This document shows positions 46,308 through 59,968 of a stretch of 64,000 bases of DNA, one piece after another. Numbering within the stretch: the stretch's first letter is position 1; the number at the start of each line of letters is the position of its first letter. A model generated the notes under the pieces. It saw nothing but the letters and a program-made list of their open reading frames with translations. It searched no databases and was not told where the DNA came from. Source of the DNA: the human T2T-CHM13v2.0 reference genome, Homo sapiens. The stretch lies in the NCBI RefSeq assembly GCF_009914755.1, contig NC_060927.1; one strand, given 5' to 3'. The translations under genes and the position numbers were made by a program.

Positions 46308-46943
46308 TTTCTGTTTATTTTCTACTGATACCTAATAGTTGTTCAAATTTATGAGGTACATGTGCTATTTGGATAAATGCACACAATGTGTAATCATCAA
46401 ATTAATGTAATTGGGATATCCATTAACTTAAAAGTTTATCACTTTTTTCTGTTGTGATCATTCCAAATCTTCTCTTCTCGGTATTTTGAAATACATGAGA
46501 AAATATTGTTAATGACAGTCCCCCTGCTGTGCTATCAAACACTAGAATTTATTATTTCCAACTATATTTTTGTATCCAGTAACTACCTTCTTTTCATCTG
46601 CCCCCCACCCCAAGTGTCTTCCCAGCTTCTGGTAACCACTATTCTACTTACAGTCCTCATGAAATCAACACAGTAAAGAAACAACCCACAGAATGAGAGA
46701 AAATATTTGCAAACTGTTGATTTGAAAGGAATTAATAACCAGAATACAGAAGAAATCCAAACAAGTCAATAGCAAAAAGACATAAATAATCCAATTTTAA
46801 AATGAACAGGTGATCTGAATAGACATTTCACAAAAGATGACATACAAATGGCAACAAACGGCCAACAGGTGTATGAAAAAAATGCTCAACATCAGTAATC
46901 ATCAGGAAAATGCAAACTGAAAACATAAGATATCATCTCGCTC
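46308..46943. mobile_element. L1MA-like 3' end (minus, 46308-46668) joined to an inverted ORF2 segment (plus, about 46662-46943)
   Basis: tatgaggtacatgtgctattt...ctggtaaccactattctac, then acaacccacagaatgagagaaaatatttgcaaac; degenerate TSD atatgctattt/atgtgttattt. Confidence 0.8.
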
Positions 46944-47180
46944 ATGTGTTATTTGCCAATACATTTGATATTTTTTAAAAGATAAAATATTTATTGCATC
47001 TTCTTTCGGTTTCCACTTGCTTCTTTTAGAAATACTTTCTCTATTAGAATTGTAATGAATAACTGTGAATAACATCGATTAATGTTTGATAATACAAAAT
47101 TATTTGCACTTATCTCACTCAACATATAAGATAAAATTGCTTCTGGTGGTTAAACTATTTGGAGGTTTAATAGTTAATAA

Positions 47181-49141
47181 TGTCTCGGGATACTTAGGGT
47201 GTTTCTTTTCTAGATGGAAAACTCTGTGGCTGATGGAGCCTTTGCCCAAGTTTTGCTCAGGCCTGCTGGTCTCATTCCTTTGACTTAGCCTGGGAGGCTG
47301 CTCTCCTCTCATGCTACCAGCCCAGATCCCACACCTGCCAAGGGTGAGCCAGAGAGGGGTGCATAAGTAAGTAAGCATGGGGATTGGTTACTGAGCACAG
47401 CCAGGCATACCGGCTGCTGTGGTAGGGTGGGCAGCTCCGGGTGCTGGCACAGGTGCTGGCTCCATGCAAGCCTGCACCTAGATTGGATGCACTGCAAGTG
47501 GCTTCCACTGTGGGCACCCACATCTGGACAAGGGGAACATGATGGTGGCCTAGAATCTTGGACAGGCCAGATACCACAGAGTCCTAAAGAGGGTGTCACA
47601 ACCCTGGCTCAGGGAGTCCCTAGGTATGGGCTTCCCAAATGGCTGCAGCTGTTATATCCTTTTCATGACCCATAATGTGGCAAGTGGGGACCCGGACATT
47701 TCAGCTGTTTGTGTTATGTCTCTTTCAGTCCCATCATTTGGCAGGTCCCGAGTTCTTGTCCTGCATCCAGGAAGAATGAGGTACATCAACAACTGGAGGG
47801 TGGGCAAGGTGGAGAGGAGCTTCATTGAGTGAAAGAACAGTTGTTGGGAGACCCGAAGTGGGTAGCTCCTTTCCATAGGTAGGTTATTTCAGTGAGTGTC
47901 CAACTCTGAGCAGAGAGGAGATCCAGAATGGATAGCTGCTTTTCACAGGCAGGTAGTCCTGAGAAGTGCAGCCCTCAGCAAAGAGAAGACCCAGAATGTG
48001 TAGCTCCTATCTGTAGGCAGGTTGTCCCAGTGAGTGTCCAGCCCTCAGCAGAGAAGAAACCAGAGTAGCTCCTTTCTGCAGGCAGGTAGGTAGTGCTGAT
48101 GAGTGCAGCCCTCAGAAGAAAGGAGACCTGGAGTGGGTAGCTCCTATCCACAAGAAGTATCCAGAAAGTATCCAGCTGTCAGTGGATAGGAGAACTGGAC
48201 TGAGTAGCTTCTTTCTTTAGGCAGGTCATCCCAATGAGTGTTCAGCTCTCAGTGGAGAGGAGACCTAGAGAGGGTAGCTCCTTTCTGCAGTCAGGTTGTC
48301 CTGATGAGTGGAGGACACCTAAATTGGGTAGCTGCTTCCCAGAGCTGGTAGTCCTGAGTCTCTGAGTCTGGCTGAATCTGAGGTTTTTATGGGCTCAGAA
48401 GGGAGGAAAGGTGTGCTGATTGTTCCATGGGCAGCCATGGGTGGGCCCAGAAAAACCACCATAAATTCTCACTCTGGGCTATAGACTCCACCTGGAATTG
48501 ATAGCTGGGCTCCCAGGCTTCAGGCCATCCCTGGCTTAAAGGTGGGACTATGTTGGGGACCCACCCCTTTCCACTCAAGAGCCTGTCTGCCTCCTGCCAC
48601 CATCAATCACATCATGCACAGCACCCAGGATGTTCCTGCCCAGGGGCACCTGCAGGCATTCACCAATCTGCTCTTAGCCCCCCTCCCACTTCCTACCACA
48701 TTTATTGGTGCCCAAAGCAAAGTTCAGAGGAGGCCAAGGTGGCAGAGGGCTGGTGTGTCCGTGCCAGCCTGATTGCATGCACATGTGGCCAGTTTGTGAC
48801 AGTGCCCAGGCTTGGCCACAACTTTGCTCCAACCCAGACTGGGCACTGGGTATGGGGAGAGGCCAGGCAGCTGGAGCAGGTGCTTCTGAGCCTGAGGCTG
48901 CTTGGGGACTTCCTGGGCCCCCAAGAGTGCAAGGATGACTGGGTCTGCAGCTACAGCTGCGTGACTGCAGCTCTACCTGGGAGTACCAGGCTCCTTCCCC
49001 ACCAACTCAGAAGGAGGCGGGTCTCCTGCCTGTTCCCAGCTCCCTCCAGCTCCATGGAGTACACAGGCCAAGCTGCACCTCCCTTTCTGCAGCCTGTGCC
49101 TTCACAGTGTGGCCACTTCAGATGGGCCACTGCTGCCATCA
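47181..49141 (-). mobile_element. MER52-family ERV1 solo LTR (about 1.96 kb)
   Basis: Minus strand starts tgatggcagcagtggccc; other end tgtctcgggatacttagggtgt; 4-bp TSD ataa at 47177-47180 and 49142-49145. Confidence 0.85.
47849..48360. repeat. About 8 diverged ~68-bp tandem units inside MER52
   Basis: Recurring gagacc..agtgggtagctcctttc..caggcaggt..tgagtg..cagccctcagcagagag. Confidence 0.85.
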
Positions 49142-49629
49142 ATAATTGTAAACTTATATTATCATGTCTTGCTTTCATTCTGAGGTTCCCCATTGGATTA
49201 GATGGTAGAACAGCACCATGAAGAAGGGTATTCTTTTTTCAATCTTCTTTGTTAAGATCTCTCTCTATATATATATTCAAGATCACTTTGAATTAAAATT
49301 TCTAAGCTATGAAGTATTCCACATTTTATATGAAATGCAATTTTTGATTACTTTTGCTCCTGAGAGAAAACTTTTCCATGCAGATCCCAGAGATTAATAA
49401 ATACTTTAAATTTTCTATTTAAAATGATACAGAACATTTTGCTTAACATTTCATACTGAGGCTCTCTCAAGTTTTCAATTATAAGTAGAATCTCAGTTCT
49501 AAATTTCTGCCTCACAAGAACCTCAATGTTTAATCTACTGCCCTCACATACTTGTTAATATTTCTTAAGTTATATATTCCTGGATGGTAACCATCATCAT
49601 AGAAACCTGCAACTCAAGCCTGTTTCTTA

Positions 49630-49940
49630 TCATATTTATATATATACAATGACATGTACATGGATATGTACAGTTTTATATATACTGATATATATAAATG
49701 TATATATGCCATATATACATAAATACATCTTACATATAATTGGATAATATTACATACAAATATATATTACATATATAATATTACCCATATATATGTAGTA
49801 TATATTTATATTATACACCCATGCACATATGGGTATATAGGTAAATATAGCATATGTATTGATAAATGTAGTATATATTTTTATACACAAACACATATCT
49901 AAATGTATACTTTTATATCATATATATTTTTATTCATACA
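49630..49940. repeat. TA-rich low-complexity tract
   Basis: Degenerate (TA)n/(TACA)n. Confidence 0.8.
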
Positions 49941-50514
49941 TTCACAAGTATATTCAATCCACCAACAGAAACCCCTTTATTTATCCTCTTTTTCTTCAAT
50001 TTCAAAGCATTTGATCCTACACAAACATTGTAAAGTGAAAGGACTAGAAATGGCACTAGATCCCTAGATTTATATTGTCCATTTTATCACTGTGTAATGA
50101 AATTCTTCTTACAGTATTTTTGACAGATGGTTATCCATTGCTTGTGTTAGGAAACTCACTGTACATATTAACTGTTCATTTCATTCCCCAATTTCTCTAG
50201 TTGCTGAAATAGCATATAAAATTCATTGATTTTTATCTCTATTTTCTTTTTTTTTAGCAATCATTATTTTCAAGAAAATGCTATAGTGAGTGACATGGAA
50301 CTCACTAATAGATACAGCTAAAAATTCACTTCTGCTGATAACAAATTCAACAAACAAATTTGGATAGAACAACTTTAGTAGGTCATTGTACTTTTACCCA
50401 AGTGGAAAATAATGTCTTTATTTCTAAATTAGTAGCTAAATACATTTATTTCTCCTTCCAATCTACCATGTAGAAAAGAAGTAATATATCCTAGCATATC
50501 ATAATATATTGATT

Positions 50515-50700
50515 CAGAATGTAAACTTTGGAGTCAGACCTCCTTGGGTGGATTCTGACTCTACACTTACTAGCTTTACCTGTAGATCTTGAGAAAATGA
50601 CTTACACATTTTATTTACCTGCAAAATGGGATAAAATGGTATTTTCTTAATGGAAATCAAATAAAGTAGTTCAAACAAAAGATTTAGGCCAATGCCCAGC
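50515..50700 (+). mobile_element. MIR
   Basis: actttggagtcagacct...ctctacacttactagct...ctgcaaaatgggataa core. Confidence 0.75.
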
Positions 50701-50892
50701 TGTTGTTGTATTGATGACAAGGAAATTTATATTTAAAAATATTAAGGAGAAAGAAACTAGTCTACCATTTTTGTAATAACATCTTACAGAAGAACATTTG
50801 ATTGGCAGGGAGTGGATTGCTTAGGACAAAGCTTATGACAATGGTATATGTTTTGGATTTGTTGCAACAGCCATATTTAGCTACTAAACTCT

Positions 50893-51400
50893 ATGCTAGG
50901 TATAATACAAGCTCAGGATGCTGTAACAGAGTTCCAAAAACAACACTGGCTTAAACAAGATGGAAGTATTCTATAACTGTAAAATAATTGTATCATAGGC
51001 AGTTCAGGGCTATAACTGTGGTAGCGTTGAGTTAGGGACACAAGTGTTTTCTGTTTTGTTACTCTGTCATTCTTCACATGTGGCTTTGATATGTTTGCAT
51101 AAGGCAAGTGTATAATATCTTTGCATAAGGCATCATATTTATATTTCAGGTAGCATAAAAGGGAGAAAATGAATGAAGGCCATGATTTCTTTCTTTAAGC
51201 CTGAATCAGTAATTTGTACATATCACCCACTCTGTTAGCTAGAACATAGTTATATACACACATCTAACTGCAAAGGAAGCCGAGGCATATGGTATTTATC
51301 TTTGCAACTAAGAGAACAATTAAACTGACAGAAGCTCTATTATTTAATGAAATGGGAGAAAGTAAGTGTTGGAGGGTAACTTAGAATAACTTTCATTATT
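50893..51400 (-). mobile_element. Old MLT1 (J/K-like) LTR
   Basis: gctgtaaca...cactggcttaaacaagatggaagt...tagaacatagttatatacacacatctaactgcaaaggaagc. Confidence 0.6.
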
Positions 51401-52682
51401 CACCACCTCTGCCATCCAAATATAGTTTTTTAAAATAATCTCAACTATATTTCAGATTAGAGAGTACACGTGCGGCTTGTTACATGGGTACATTGCATGA
51501 CACGGAGGCTTGGGATATAAATGCTTGTGTCACCCAGGTAGTAAGCACACTAACAAATAGTTTTTCTACTCTTGTTCTCCCTTCCATTTACCCTCTCTAG
51601 TTGTCCTTATTGTTTATATTTCCCATCTTTATGTCCGTGTATACCCAATGTTTAGCTCCCACTTATATATATGTGAGAATATATGTATTTGGTTTTCTGT
51701 CTCTGCATTCAGTCACCTAGGATGATGGCCTCTATCTGCATCCATGTTGCTGCAAAGGACATGACTTTATTCTTTTTTATGACTGCATGCTACCCCACAG
51801 TGTATATGTACAACATTTTCTTAATCCAACCTACCATTAATAGGCAGCAAAGTTGATTTCATGTTTTTAATATTCTGAATAGTGCTGTGATGAACATATG
51901 AGTGCCTGTCTCTTTTTTGTAGAATAATGTGTTTTCTTTTCCACATATACCCAGTAATAGGCTTGCTGAGTTGAATAGTAGTTCTATGTTTTAGGTCTTT
52001 GATAAATCTCCGAACTGCTTCCCAAAGTGGCTAAACAAATTTACATTTCCCCAAGAGTGTATAAGAGTTCCCATTGCTCTGCAGCTTTGCCAGCATCTTG
52101 TCTTTTTTAGTAAAAGCCATTCTGACTGGTTTGAGAAGGTGTCTCATTGTGGTTTTAATTTACATTTCTCTGAGGATTAGCGATTTGACCATTTTCTCTA
52201 TTTTCATTGGCCACTTGTGTGTCTTAAGAAATATCTGTTCATATCATTTGCCCACTTTTAATGGAGTTATTTGGTTTTGTCCTGTTGAGTTGTTAAGTTC
52301 CTTATAGATTCTGAATATTAGACCTTTGTTGGAAGCATAGTTTGTAAATATTTTCTCCAATTCTGTAGGTTGTTTGTTTACTCTGTTGAAAGTTTCTTTT
52401 GCTGTGCAGAAGTTTGTTCATTTAATTAGTTCCCACTTGTCAATTTCAATTGCTTTTGAGCACTTAGTCGTAAGTTAGCCAAGGTCAGTGTCCAGAATGG
52501 TTTTTCCTAGGTTTTCTTCTAGAATTTTCATCATTTGATGTCTTACATTTAAACCTTTAATCTATCTTGAGTTAATTTTTGTATATGGTAAAAAGTAGGG
52601 ATCCAGTGTCATTCTTCTATTAATGGCTAGCCAAAGTATCCCAGAACCATTTACTAAATAGGGTATCTTTTTCCCATTGCTT

Positions 52683-53158
52683 TTTTTTTCTTTCTCCTTT
52701 CCCACTGGCCTACAACAACTTCAGTCCCAATACCAGAAGCAGAGACAACTGTCTGGCATAGACTTCTCCATCAGTTCCCACAATTGCTTAAGGCTTAATC
52801 CACATTTTAAAAGAAATCTGTTGCTCTGCTTCCTGCATGACGATTACACTTTTCTGATTGAGCCCTGCCTTATGCAATGTATAGAGCAAGGCTACCATGA
52901 TAGATCTGGAAAGATAATGTGAGTAAATGACAGCTAATCATGTCGAACTCTAATTTTAGTCATTAGTTTGTTGCCTACTTTCTCAATGGAGGCTTTCTGG
53001 AAGATTGCTGCCAACAGGTTGATAAATTGACTACTTTTATTACACTATCCTTTTATTTCCTCTTCTCCCTTTCTGCACCATAGGTATTCCAAATGATTCC
53101 CACCGCCCTGAGATCAAGGCCAACCATGCAAACCCATATACCTCAAAATGTCCTTGTG
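52683..53158 (-). other. Non-L1 retro-insertion with A-tail and TSD, containing an MLT2-like fragment
   Basis: TSD ttttt(c/a)ccattgctt at 52668-52682 and 53159-53173; T-run at the left; host L1 resumes after it. Confidence 0.7.
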
Positions 53159-53406
53159 TTTTTACCATTGCTTATTTTTGTTGATGTTGTTGAAGATACG
53201 ATGGTTGTAGGTTTACTGCCTTATTTCTGGGCTCTCTATTCTGTTTCTTTGGTCTACATGTCTGTTTTTATACCAGACCGTGTTGTCTTGGTTATCATGG
53301 ACTTTTAGTATAGTTTGAGGTAGGGTAATATGATGCCTCCACGTTTGTTCTTTTTGTTTAGGATTGCTTTGGCTCTTCAGAATCTCTTTTGGTTCCATAT
53401 AATTTT

Positions 53407-53691
53407 TTCTTTTTTTTTGAGGCAGAGCCTCTGTCACCCACGATGGACTGGCACAATCTCAGCTCACTGCAACCTCCGCCTCCCAGGTTCCAGAGATTCT
53501 TATGCCTCAGCCTCCCAAGTAGGTGGGATTATAGGCACACGCCACCACATCAGGCTAATTTTTATATTTGTAGTAGAAACGGGGTTTTGCCATGGTTGCC
53601 AGGCTAGTCTGAAACTCCTGGCCTCAAGTGATCCACCCACCTCAGCCTCCCAAAGTGCTGGGATTACAGGCTTGAGCCACTGTGCCCAGCC
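53407..53691 (-). mobile_element. AluS inserted in L1
   Basis: Full dimer; TSD catat(g)aatttt on both sides. Confidence 0.93.
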
Positions 53692-56600
53692 CATATGAAT
53701 TTTAAAATAATTTTTTCCTAGCTCTGGGAAGAATGCCATTTATAGTTTTAATATGAATAGCATAGAATCTAAATTGCTTTTGGTGGTATGGCTGTTTCAA
53801 CGATATTGACTTTTCCTATCCATGAGCATGTATTGTTTTTCCATTTGTTTGTGTCATCTCTGATATTTTTGAGCAGTGTCCTGTAATTCTCATTGTTGAG
53901 ATCTTTCACCTCACTGGTTAGCTATATTCCTAGGATTTTTACTGGCAGATGTGAATAGGCCTGTATTCTTGATTTGGCTCTCAGCTTAAATGTTATTGGG
54001 GTATAAAAATGCTACTGATTTTTGTACATTGATTTAGTATCCTGAAACTTTATTGAAGTCTTTTGCCAGGTCTGGGAGCATTTTGGTGGAATTTTTAGGG
54101 TTTTCTAGGTATAGGATTATATCATCAGTAAAGAGGGATAATTTGACATTTTATTTTTCTATTTGGATGCCTTTTATTTTCTTCCTTTGCCTTACCGTCT
54201 GGATAGGACTTCCAGTACTATGATGAGTAGGAGTGGTGAGAGTGGGCATTGTTGTTTTGCAACTGTTCTTAACGGGAATACTTCCAGTTTTTGCCCATTC
54301 CGCATGATGTTGGCTGTATGTTTGTAATAGCTGGCTCTTGAGGTATGTTTTTCCAATGTGTAGTTGCTCGAGATTTTTTATCTTGAAGGGATTTTGGATT
54401 TTATCAAAAGCTTTATTTGTGTCTATGGAGGTAATCATATGTTTTTTGCTTTTAATTCTTTTATGTGGTGAGTCACATTTACTGATTTGCATATGTTTAA
54501 CCAACCTTTCATCCCAGAAATAAAGCCCACTTGATTGTGATGAATTAATTTTTGATGTGCTGCTGGATTCAGTTTGCTAGTATTTTCTTGAGGATTTTTG
54601 CATCTATGTTCATTAGGAATACTGGCCTATAGTTTTATTTTTTCATTGTGTCTTTGTCAGGTTTTGGTATCAGGGTGATGCTGGCTTAGCAAAATGAGCT
54701 AAGAAGTCCCTCTTCCTCAATTTTTTGGAATAGTTTCAGTATTAGTAGTACCAGCTCTTCTCTGTACATCTGGTCAAATTTGGCTATGAATGCATCTGGT
54801 CCAGGGCTTTTTTGGTGGGTAGGTTTTTTATGACTGATTCAATTTATTACTCAGTATTCATCTCTTTAGGGTTTTGATTTCTTCGTAATTCAACTTTTGG
54901 AGGTTGTATGTTTTTAGGAATTTATTTCCTCCAAGTTTTTTAGTTTGTGTGCATAGAGGTGTTCTTATGGTCTCTGAGGATATTTTGTATTTCTGTGGGA
55001 TCAGTTGTAATATCAACTTTGTTATTTCTGATTGTGCTTATTTTGATTTTCTCCCTTTTTCTCTTTGTTAATCTAGCTGTCTGTCAGTCTCCTTTATCCC
55101 TTCTAATAACTAATTTTTAGTTTCATTGGTCTTTCGTATGGAATTTTGGATCTCAATTTCATTGAGTTCTGCTCTGTTTTTAGTTATTTCTTTTATTTTG
55201 CTAGCTTTGGGGTTTTTACCCTTTTTTCTGATTCCTGTAGGTGTAATGTTAGAATATTAATTTGAGAGCTTTCTTCTTGATGTGGGCATTCAGAGCAATC
55301 TTATCACTGCTTTTGCTTCATCCGAGATATTTTGGTATGTAGTGATGTTGTGCCTCTGTTTTCATTTATTTGAAGTATTTGTTAGATTTCTGCCTTAATT
55401 TTGTATATCACCCGAAAGTCACGTAGGAGCAAGTTTAATTTCCATGTAATTTTTATACAATTGTGTGGTTTTGAGAGACCTTCTTGGTATTCACTTCTAT
55501 TTTTATTCCACTATGGCCTGAGTGTATGGTTGGTAAAATTTTGATTAAAAAAAATTATTCAGACTTGCTTTATGGCCAAGCATATGGTTGATGTTAGTGT
55601 ATATTTCGTGTAGAGATGAGAAGAATGTATATTCTATGGTTGATGGGTGGAGTAGTCTGTAGAAATCTGTTAGGTCCAGTTGGTCAAGTGTCAAATTTAA
55701 GTACACATTTTTTTTGCTAGTTTTCTGCTTTAATGATAAGTCTAATGCTGTCAGCGGGTGTTGAAGATCCCCCCACCATTATTATATTGCTGTTTAATTT
55801 TTTGTAGGTCTAGAAGTACTTGTTTTATGAATATTGCTGCTTCACTATTGGCTGTGCCAAATATAATTTTTCTCACTATCTCACCCTTCTTCTCTCACTC
55901 ACTCTTAAAATGAGATAATGACAATGGTATGCCCTAATGATTCACTTTATTTTACTCAAAGTCAGGACCTTTGGTTTATGGGAAATGGTCTACGTAAAAA
56001 AATAATGATCTGTTCTTAATACAAAATGTAACATGGTGAATTAGCAAACAATTACCATAGTTAAAATCTTCTTTTTAAAATGGGACTACATGAAATATAA
56101 ATCAAGTACTAGTTCATGATAATGAACAAATTGCAGTAATTATAAAAATTTCCTTTCCTAAACATTGAAAAAAGGTATGCCCAAGTGACAATGCCAATTC
56201 TCCTCTCTTGCTCATTGTTCTCTGTGGCCCTGGCCTTGATCTCTGGAGAGCGTTTCTTGCCCATTACCTTCTCTGAAGACAATCAATTTGAACATTGGAG
56301 TTGTGCAATGCTGTATCCCATTATTTTCTATAGGTGTATTTGGGGTTCAAAGATCTTTTAAGGGTCAAACACTGGAGATAAACTACCTTTAAACAGTAGA
56401 AGACTATCAGTTTGTTAAAATAAAATTCCAAATACTAATAAGTACACTCAAGGGTCTCACTTTGACACTTTGTTTATTTTTACCTAGTTTTTTTTTTTTT
56501 TCAATAACAATGGACCTCTGGTTTTTGTTCTCTGTGTTCCTTGCATCATCATTTCTCTTCACTGAGGGAAGGAGCTTATTGAAATAGTACTTTAATCTCA

Positions 56601-57357
56601 TTTTACCATTTGGCTGGCTCCTACTGTACATCTAAGATTACAGAAGAAGCTTCTTAAAAAAGGGGCGAATATAGAACAGAGGTATTTTGTAGCAATATAT
56701 CAAAAGTTGTCTGCATCACTTTTCATCAGTAAATGTTGGCTGAAACAATCACATGGCCACATGCGGAGGTAAAGATGACTAGGAAATATATTTTGTATAT
56801 GGGGAGCCAAGATGGTACCAAGGTTTCTGTTCCTAAAAAAGGAAAGAATTGATATTGGGGAATAATTTGTCATCTTGGACACAGAAGGGAGAGCATGTGT
56901 CTCAAAGCACAGTGCTTTGTTTATTAGTTACACATAAATCAATTAAATTATTCAAAATACAAATAATCTTTACTATGCTATTCACAAGATCTATATCTAA
57001 ATTATGAGGGTAAAATATTAAGTAAAAAACCATTTATATTAAAATTTTGATTCAGATATATTAATATTAGCGATCAGTATTTAAGACAAAAAACAAAACA
57101 AAGCAAAACCAAAAAAACAGTATCTGGGAACCAATGGTGGATAACCAGGCAGATCATGCACCAGACCTTATGGAACAATAGTTATCAAGGAAAAATCCTA
57201 GAAGAGCAGCAGTGGCAAGTACATGGGTTCCCTGTTGCCCACTCAGGATTAATATAGAGCAATCTAGTGGTCTGTAAGTTAGATCCCAGAAAATAACATT
57301 TGACCATTGAGTGGCAGGGCTTTTAAGATATAGAATTAGAGAACCACAAACACCTCC

Positions 57358-57723
57358 TTATATTGTTTGGCTCTGTCCTCAACCAAATGTCCTCTAGAAT
57401 TGCTGGTCGGATAATTCCCACATGTCATGGGAGGGACCCAGTGGGAGGTAATTGAATCATGGGGGCAGGTTTTTCCCATGCTATTCTCGTGATAGTGAAT
57501 AAGTCTCACAAGATCTGATGATTTTATAAAGGGTAGTATCCCTACACACACTCTCTTGCCTGCTGCCAGGTAAGACATGCCTTTGCTCCTCCTCTGTCTT
57601 CCGCCATGATTGTGAGGCCTCCCTAGCCATGTGAATCTGTGAGTTCATTATACCTCTTTTTTAAAAATAAATGACCCAGTCTCGAGTATGTCCTTTTTAG
57701 CAGCATGAGACCAGACTAATACA
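57358..57723 (+). mobile_element. THE1B/C solo LTR
   Basis: tattgtttggctctgtcc...gggaggtaattgaatcatggggg...cagactaataca; TSD cctcc/catcc. Confidence 0.92.
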
Positions 57724-58130
57724 CATCCCTTGTTGAGATTAGGGCTGAAATAAATTAGCAATACAACATGTTGTAAATTTAGGTGCAGTTTTGTCTAGCC
57801 AGCTCATATTTGTTGTTGAGTAGCATCATTTTCTCCTAGGACTCAATCAGTAGGCTGAGTCCAAGCTGCCCAGCTGCAACTGCATGCCGTGAGAAGTTAG
57901 TAAAAGAGTGTATTAACTTTTAATGAGAAGTTCCCAACCCTACTTTAGAATGATAAAAGATTCTGATTTTACTTTTGTTGTTGATCTACATTGATTTTCA
58001 TAATTGCTAGACAAATGTATGGAGATTTATAAAAGTCCCACTATTTTCTGGAAAGTCAAAAATATACATGGGCAAAGTAGAAATAATCTTGAACATTGCT
58101 AAAAATTTTATCTGAGTCTATGGTAAATAA

Positions 58131-58499
<369 letters not shown>

Positions 58500-59916
58500 T
58501 AGAAAAAAGGCAAAGATTAATGACCTTTACATGTATCAAATGAAAATGCATGAAAGTTATCATAATAAACCTGAAGACAAGAGAAGGAAAGAGCACAAGT
58601 ATGAATGAAAATTAGTATATGAGAGAAAAATCAAACAATAAAGGAGATCAACATGGTCCAAAAACTTTTGTAAATACTAATGAAATAGATAAACCTCTGA
58701 AGAGACTGACAAAAAAGAAAAACAGAGAAAGCCCGGATAACTAATTCAAGGACTGAAAACAGAAAATCACTACAGATTCATAAATATTAAAAAGATAATA
58801 TGGAGATAAAATGAATATGACAATTTATGTTTGCATAAAATGTTTCTTGTCAAACTTACCAAATTATATCATATTAATAAAAATGCATCTCACATATAAA
58901 TTACAGAAATAAGTGGCTTTTCAAATGAATTCAGCCAAACATTCAAGGGAAAATACTAGCAATGTAGTACAAATACTTAAATAAAATAATGAGAAGACTT
59001 CCTAGCAGCTAAAAATATTTTGATACCAACAATATGGTAAGCCTGAGAAAATAAAATTATAGGCCATTTTTAGTCATCAACAAAGGTGTAAAAATTCAAA
59101 CCAATACTTACCAAATCAATCCCAGAACTATATAAAGAAGAAGATACATTATTACCTAGTAGGGTATGTCCCAGGGTTCACGATTTGGTCAAATTAAAAA
59201 AAAAATCAGTTGATATAAAGCAACACATATATGAATCAGAGGTGGAAAAAGTACATATTTATTCAGATAGATACAAAAATAAGAAGTCACAACACTTTCT
59301 TGATTAAAATGTCTCCAAGTTAAGTATTAATGTGGAGAAATGTGTTTAGCTAATAAAAATTTCTACAAAGACAAGTATTTTTATTAGTGGATTGAAAGCT
59401 TACCTTTTGACAAGAACAAGACACCAATGCCTGCTAATACAACTGCTATGTATCATAGTAGTTCTAACTAAACAGGATAAGAGGAAGAGTAATAAACAAT
59501 GTCAGGATCAACAGTATGAAAGAAAGCCTTTATTACTGGGCAATTTCACATATATATAATACATATACTATATACTATATTTCAAAATAAGCTACATATA
59601 AATTATAATAATAAGGGAGTTTGGCAAAGTTTCTAATTATTATTTTATTACTAATATGATTCTTTTTATCTCTACATTCCAGGAACGAACAAGAAATAGC
59701 ATAAAACTCCAAGATAAATAGTAATAAATCTAAAAAATAATGTAAGAAACTCTATAAAAAATTGTAAAAGTTTATTGAGAGACATTAAAAAACTAAATAA
59801 ATGGTGTTATATTTCATATTTATAGTTATATTTACAGGTTGTAAAATTGAATATAATACAAAGATCCAATATTTTGAATTTATCTTTCAGTGTAATTTAA
59901 ATCAAAGTACCACAAA

Positions 59917-59968
59917 GGGGGTGTGTGGGGGGGTGGGGGTGCGGTGAGAGAGAGAGAGAGAGAGAGAA
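59917..59968. repeat. G-rich run plus (GA)n microsatellite
   Basis: gggggtgtgtggggggg...gagagagaga. Confidence 0.85.

Larger units (their letters stand above)
51431..55856 (-). mobile_element. 5'-truncated L1PA15/16-like element, interrupted by two insertions
   Basis: 3'UTR gttacatgggtacattgcatga; ORF2 remnants to the EN region; TSD ccaaatata(g/a)ttttt at 51416-51430 and 55857-55871. Confidence 0.9.

Noticed and set aside
48550-49221. 223-aa ORF and overlapping ORFs
   Set aside because: They lie in the GC-rich MER52 LTR where stop codons are rare; no recognisable domain.
56268-56327. Possible 60-nt minus-strand exon (ag|...GAAG|gtaatg)
   Set aside because: The acceptor lacks a pyrimidine tract and the peptide is unrecognised; expected by chance.
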